The position numbers and the translations under genes are program-made. Below are positions 61,203-64,000 of a stretch of 64,000 nt of DNA, in pieces. Below the pieces are notes generated by a model. That model was not told where the DNA came from. It searched no databases and saw only the letters and a program-made list of their open reading frames with translations. Origin of the DNA: Botryllus schlosseri (Eukaryota); assembly GCA_051294905.1 (NCBI GenBank), contig CM119373.1, forward strand, positions 7,998,001-8,062,000, given 5' to 3'. Position 1 is the stretch's first letter; each line of letters begins with the position of its first letter.

Positions 61203-62179
61203 TAGGGATGGTGTGAACCTCTGAAAGGTTCGGGTTCGTGTGAACGCGAACCTTTTTGAAAGGTTCTGTGTGAACACGAACGTGAACCTCGTGACGTCAT
61301 ATTGCTAATTCCAACCCTATCTTTCAATGAAGTGATAGCCTATGCCCTATATTAATGTACACGATACCTAGCGAAGACTCGGGCCACATTAATGTCACAT
61401 TGCTGAAGTACATATTGGCGTTTTAAACGTCGCTAAATGTATCAACCGCGGTTATCAAAGGATATAATATTCTCATAAAATCAATACATTCCGTCGCTTT
61501 GCCAACAATTTCGACGAGGAATATAAGCTTACGCCTTTACGGTCTTAGCCAGACCGGACAATGTGTTCGTAGTCTGAGTATTGCGAAATTTATATTGAGC
61601 AGAGTGTAAAACCGGTTTCTATACTCGCTACTGATACCATAAACACAAGTTATATAGCAGTAGCCAGCACCTTATTCGCCCGGATTTGGTTTTAATGATA
61701 CAGTAAAGATATGAAGTCAAGATTGACCCCGTACGCTCGTTCGATTTTTTTTCATCAGCAAACGATATCAATGTCATTGATTGATTAATCTTCATTCGCT
61801 GACTACGTATATCGCTCGTGATGTTGTGTGATTGCGGGTCAAGCGCACATCAGAGAGTCACTAAATATTCACAAACGGAAAGCTGGATATTTTGAGAAAT
61901 GTTTTGCAACAAAAAAGTACGTAAAACTTTTAAGGTTGTCATGGTGCATGCTCGTTTAGCGTTATTTTTTTTTATGCTGTCAGCGCCATGCATAGAGTGA
62001 CCCGCAGTTGAAATGCAATAAATTTGAACCGAAGATTTTATAATGAAGTGCAAATTACAATTTATTGAAAAGGTTCACAGTGCAGAACCTACCAAGGTTC
62101 TGTTGTGAACGCGAACCTCCAAATTTCCGAGGTTCACACACAGAACGCGAACGTGAACCTCACGTTCACACCATCCCTA
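61203..62179. mobile_element. hAT MITE with GAACC arrays, copy 2 (977 bp)
   Basis: Same TIRs, nearly identical to 53123..54110; different perfect TSD GTACAGAT. Confidence 0.97.
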
Positions 62180-62798
62180 GTACAGATACGGATTCGCCTG
62201 TGAGTTATCTTATCGCGGATTACTGACGCAAATCGACGCAAATGACGTACGTTAGCAATCAGCTGATTTCGGTCGGTGGCGATATGAACTGCGTCGTCAT
62301 AACGGAGAGATGTGATCTTCATGTTTAGTTGATGTCAGTAAAGTTGTTGTTGTGTGAGGTTCATTCGTATGCGTATAGCAGCTCACTAAACTGTTGCCAC
62401 TGCACAGTGCAAAGTTATGAAGGCCAGAACCCGTCAGAACAAGCGTTGTGAGGTTATGAAAAGAGGTATTGTAGGAATAGCGTACCAAAATCATCGTCTT
62501 ATACCCGTATCGCTATGCCAGAAACTCGACTACAAATTTCGTATATTGCAGGACATTTATGTCATTAGTCATTACTCAGGGATATCTAGAACTAGAATTT
62601 TATTTTTCATTCACGGGTGCGTTAGTTATGATGATTGCCGTTTCACCAACGCAATGCTGTTACCCAGTTGAGTAATCTTGTTTGTTGACAGCCAAACCTC
62701 ACGTCAGTTTATCAAGAATTTGGTCAACCATAAAATTCAATACAGCCTGTTTTATAGAGAGCTATATTAATATAGTGCAATATCGACTGAGAATAACA

Positions 62799-63760
62799 AT
62801 GGATCCATACCTCAATGTTCTTGCTACTCTCCAAATGTTAGAGAGCCTAGCAGAAGAGAGAGGGGTCAAAGACATAGCAAATCCATTGGAATATACCCTG
62901 GAGGTTAGCGCCACCGATAACGTGACAGCACAACCGAGCAAGACTTCAGCGCAGACAGATTGTTCAAAATCACTTCTCTGGAATGTCTTTAGTATTTCAT
63001 CTCGTGTTTGAACATCAATAACCACACATTCAATTCCTCGTCAATTATTTTTATTACGAGATCCAGTAGCCTATGCTGTAGTCAGAATTGGACAACTAGA
63101 AAATCAGCTTTTAGACTATAATTATAATTATGGCTACACATGTTTTTCCAAATTAGAATAGAATTATAGATACAGTAGTTATTTGAATAAAATTTGAATA
63201 GGGATTACTGAATATCTGAAAATTGAATCTGAACTACTCGATTAGCATTGTAGAGTTCTACTGTAGCATTTTCATCAGGTTAGAATTATATTACTCACAT
63301 TTTGCACTAACTATTCTAATTATACAGCCAATTAACTAGTTGTCCAAGTCTGGTTTTAGTGCTATCTCAATTTTGCAGTTCTTTTGCCATTTCCAGTTTC
63401 TGCCTTTCAATTTCCAGTTTCTGGTATTTGACATGCATCTGTAATTCAAAATACTTCATTCTGATATCATGCTGCTCCTTTGCCATTTCCAGGACGCTCA
63501 TTTCTGAACACCCCATTTTGATCAGTTGAAATATGATTTTTTTCATCAACACAACCTGGTATTTCCAAACTTGAGACAATTGGCGTTGAGCTTTTTGTGT
63601 TGTCTGTTTCATCTTGTATATCTGAATGTAGTAATGAATAAACTGTGGGTTGCATCACCATCATTGTATGCTAAATTGCTAATGCTAACACTTACTGGTC
63701 TGGTGTTCCATCCTGAAGTCTGTTGAGGGATTTTGAAGGAAGCGTCACATCGCCATCAAC
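62799..63760. pseudogene. PIF/Harbinger-like relic: transposase N-terminus (+) converging on a Myb/SANT-partner C-terminus (-)
   Basis: + frame MDPYLNVLATL..RGVKDIANPLEY resembles Harbinger transposase N-termini; - frame 63367..63612 VLEMAKEQHDIRMKYFELQ..KLEIERQKLEMAK resembles the coiled-coil tail of Harbinger DNA-binding proteins; convergent layout fits. Confidence 0.45.
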
Positions 63761-64000
63761 AACGAAAAGGGCAGCAATTTCATTTGCTGCAAGAAAACTA
63801 TGGTTAACAACAGTTGTATTGATTCAATAGAGTTCAAGTTCAATAGAGCAACGTTAATGTCAATCAAAACAACCCGCAATGTTCTATTTGAAGTATTCGT
63901 GTGGCTATGTTGGTACCAACATGATTCATATGGATTTCAAATTAGTACCTCAACTTACCATCGCTGTTGTGACATGAAGAACCAGCCTCTGTGGTCACAT

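Overview
Eukaryotic (metazoan, probably marine-invertebrate) DNA with no convincing host gene, tRNA, rRNA or CRISPR array. Almost every interpretable base belongs to decayed or nested mobile elements. (1) Two diverged, frameshifted copies of an unassigned superfamily-3 (SF3) helicase ORF (about 2.1-3.7 kb and 31.0-32.5 kb, minus strand). The first sits in a CpG-rich island with orphan ORFs, the N-terminal part of a Maverick/Polinton-type protein-primed DNA polymerase, and a 327-bp near-perfect hairpin. (2) A PHD + OTU-protease + Mutator (MULE) transposase ORF of roughly 1,000 codons, split by an intron-containing THAP/P-superfamily element (about 234-bp TIRs, 7-bp TSD) whose left TIR carries a hAT MITE. 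(3) Further P/THAP, hAT, MULE, ISL2EU-like (SWIM-YqaJ), Harbinger-like, LINE (APE) and RLE-retrotransposon relics. (4) Many hAT MITEs with clean 8-bp TSDs and family-specific subterminal motif arrays, foldback elements, tRNA-derived SINEs and short tandem duplications. All protein-family calls come from motif recognition by eye; no database search was run.
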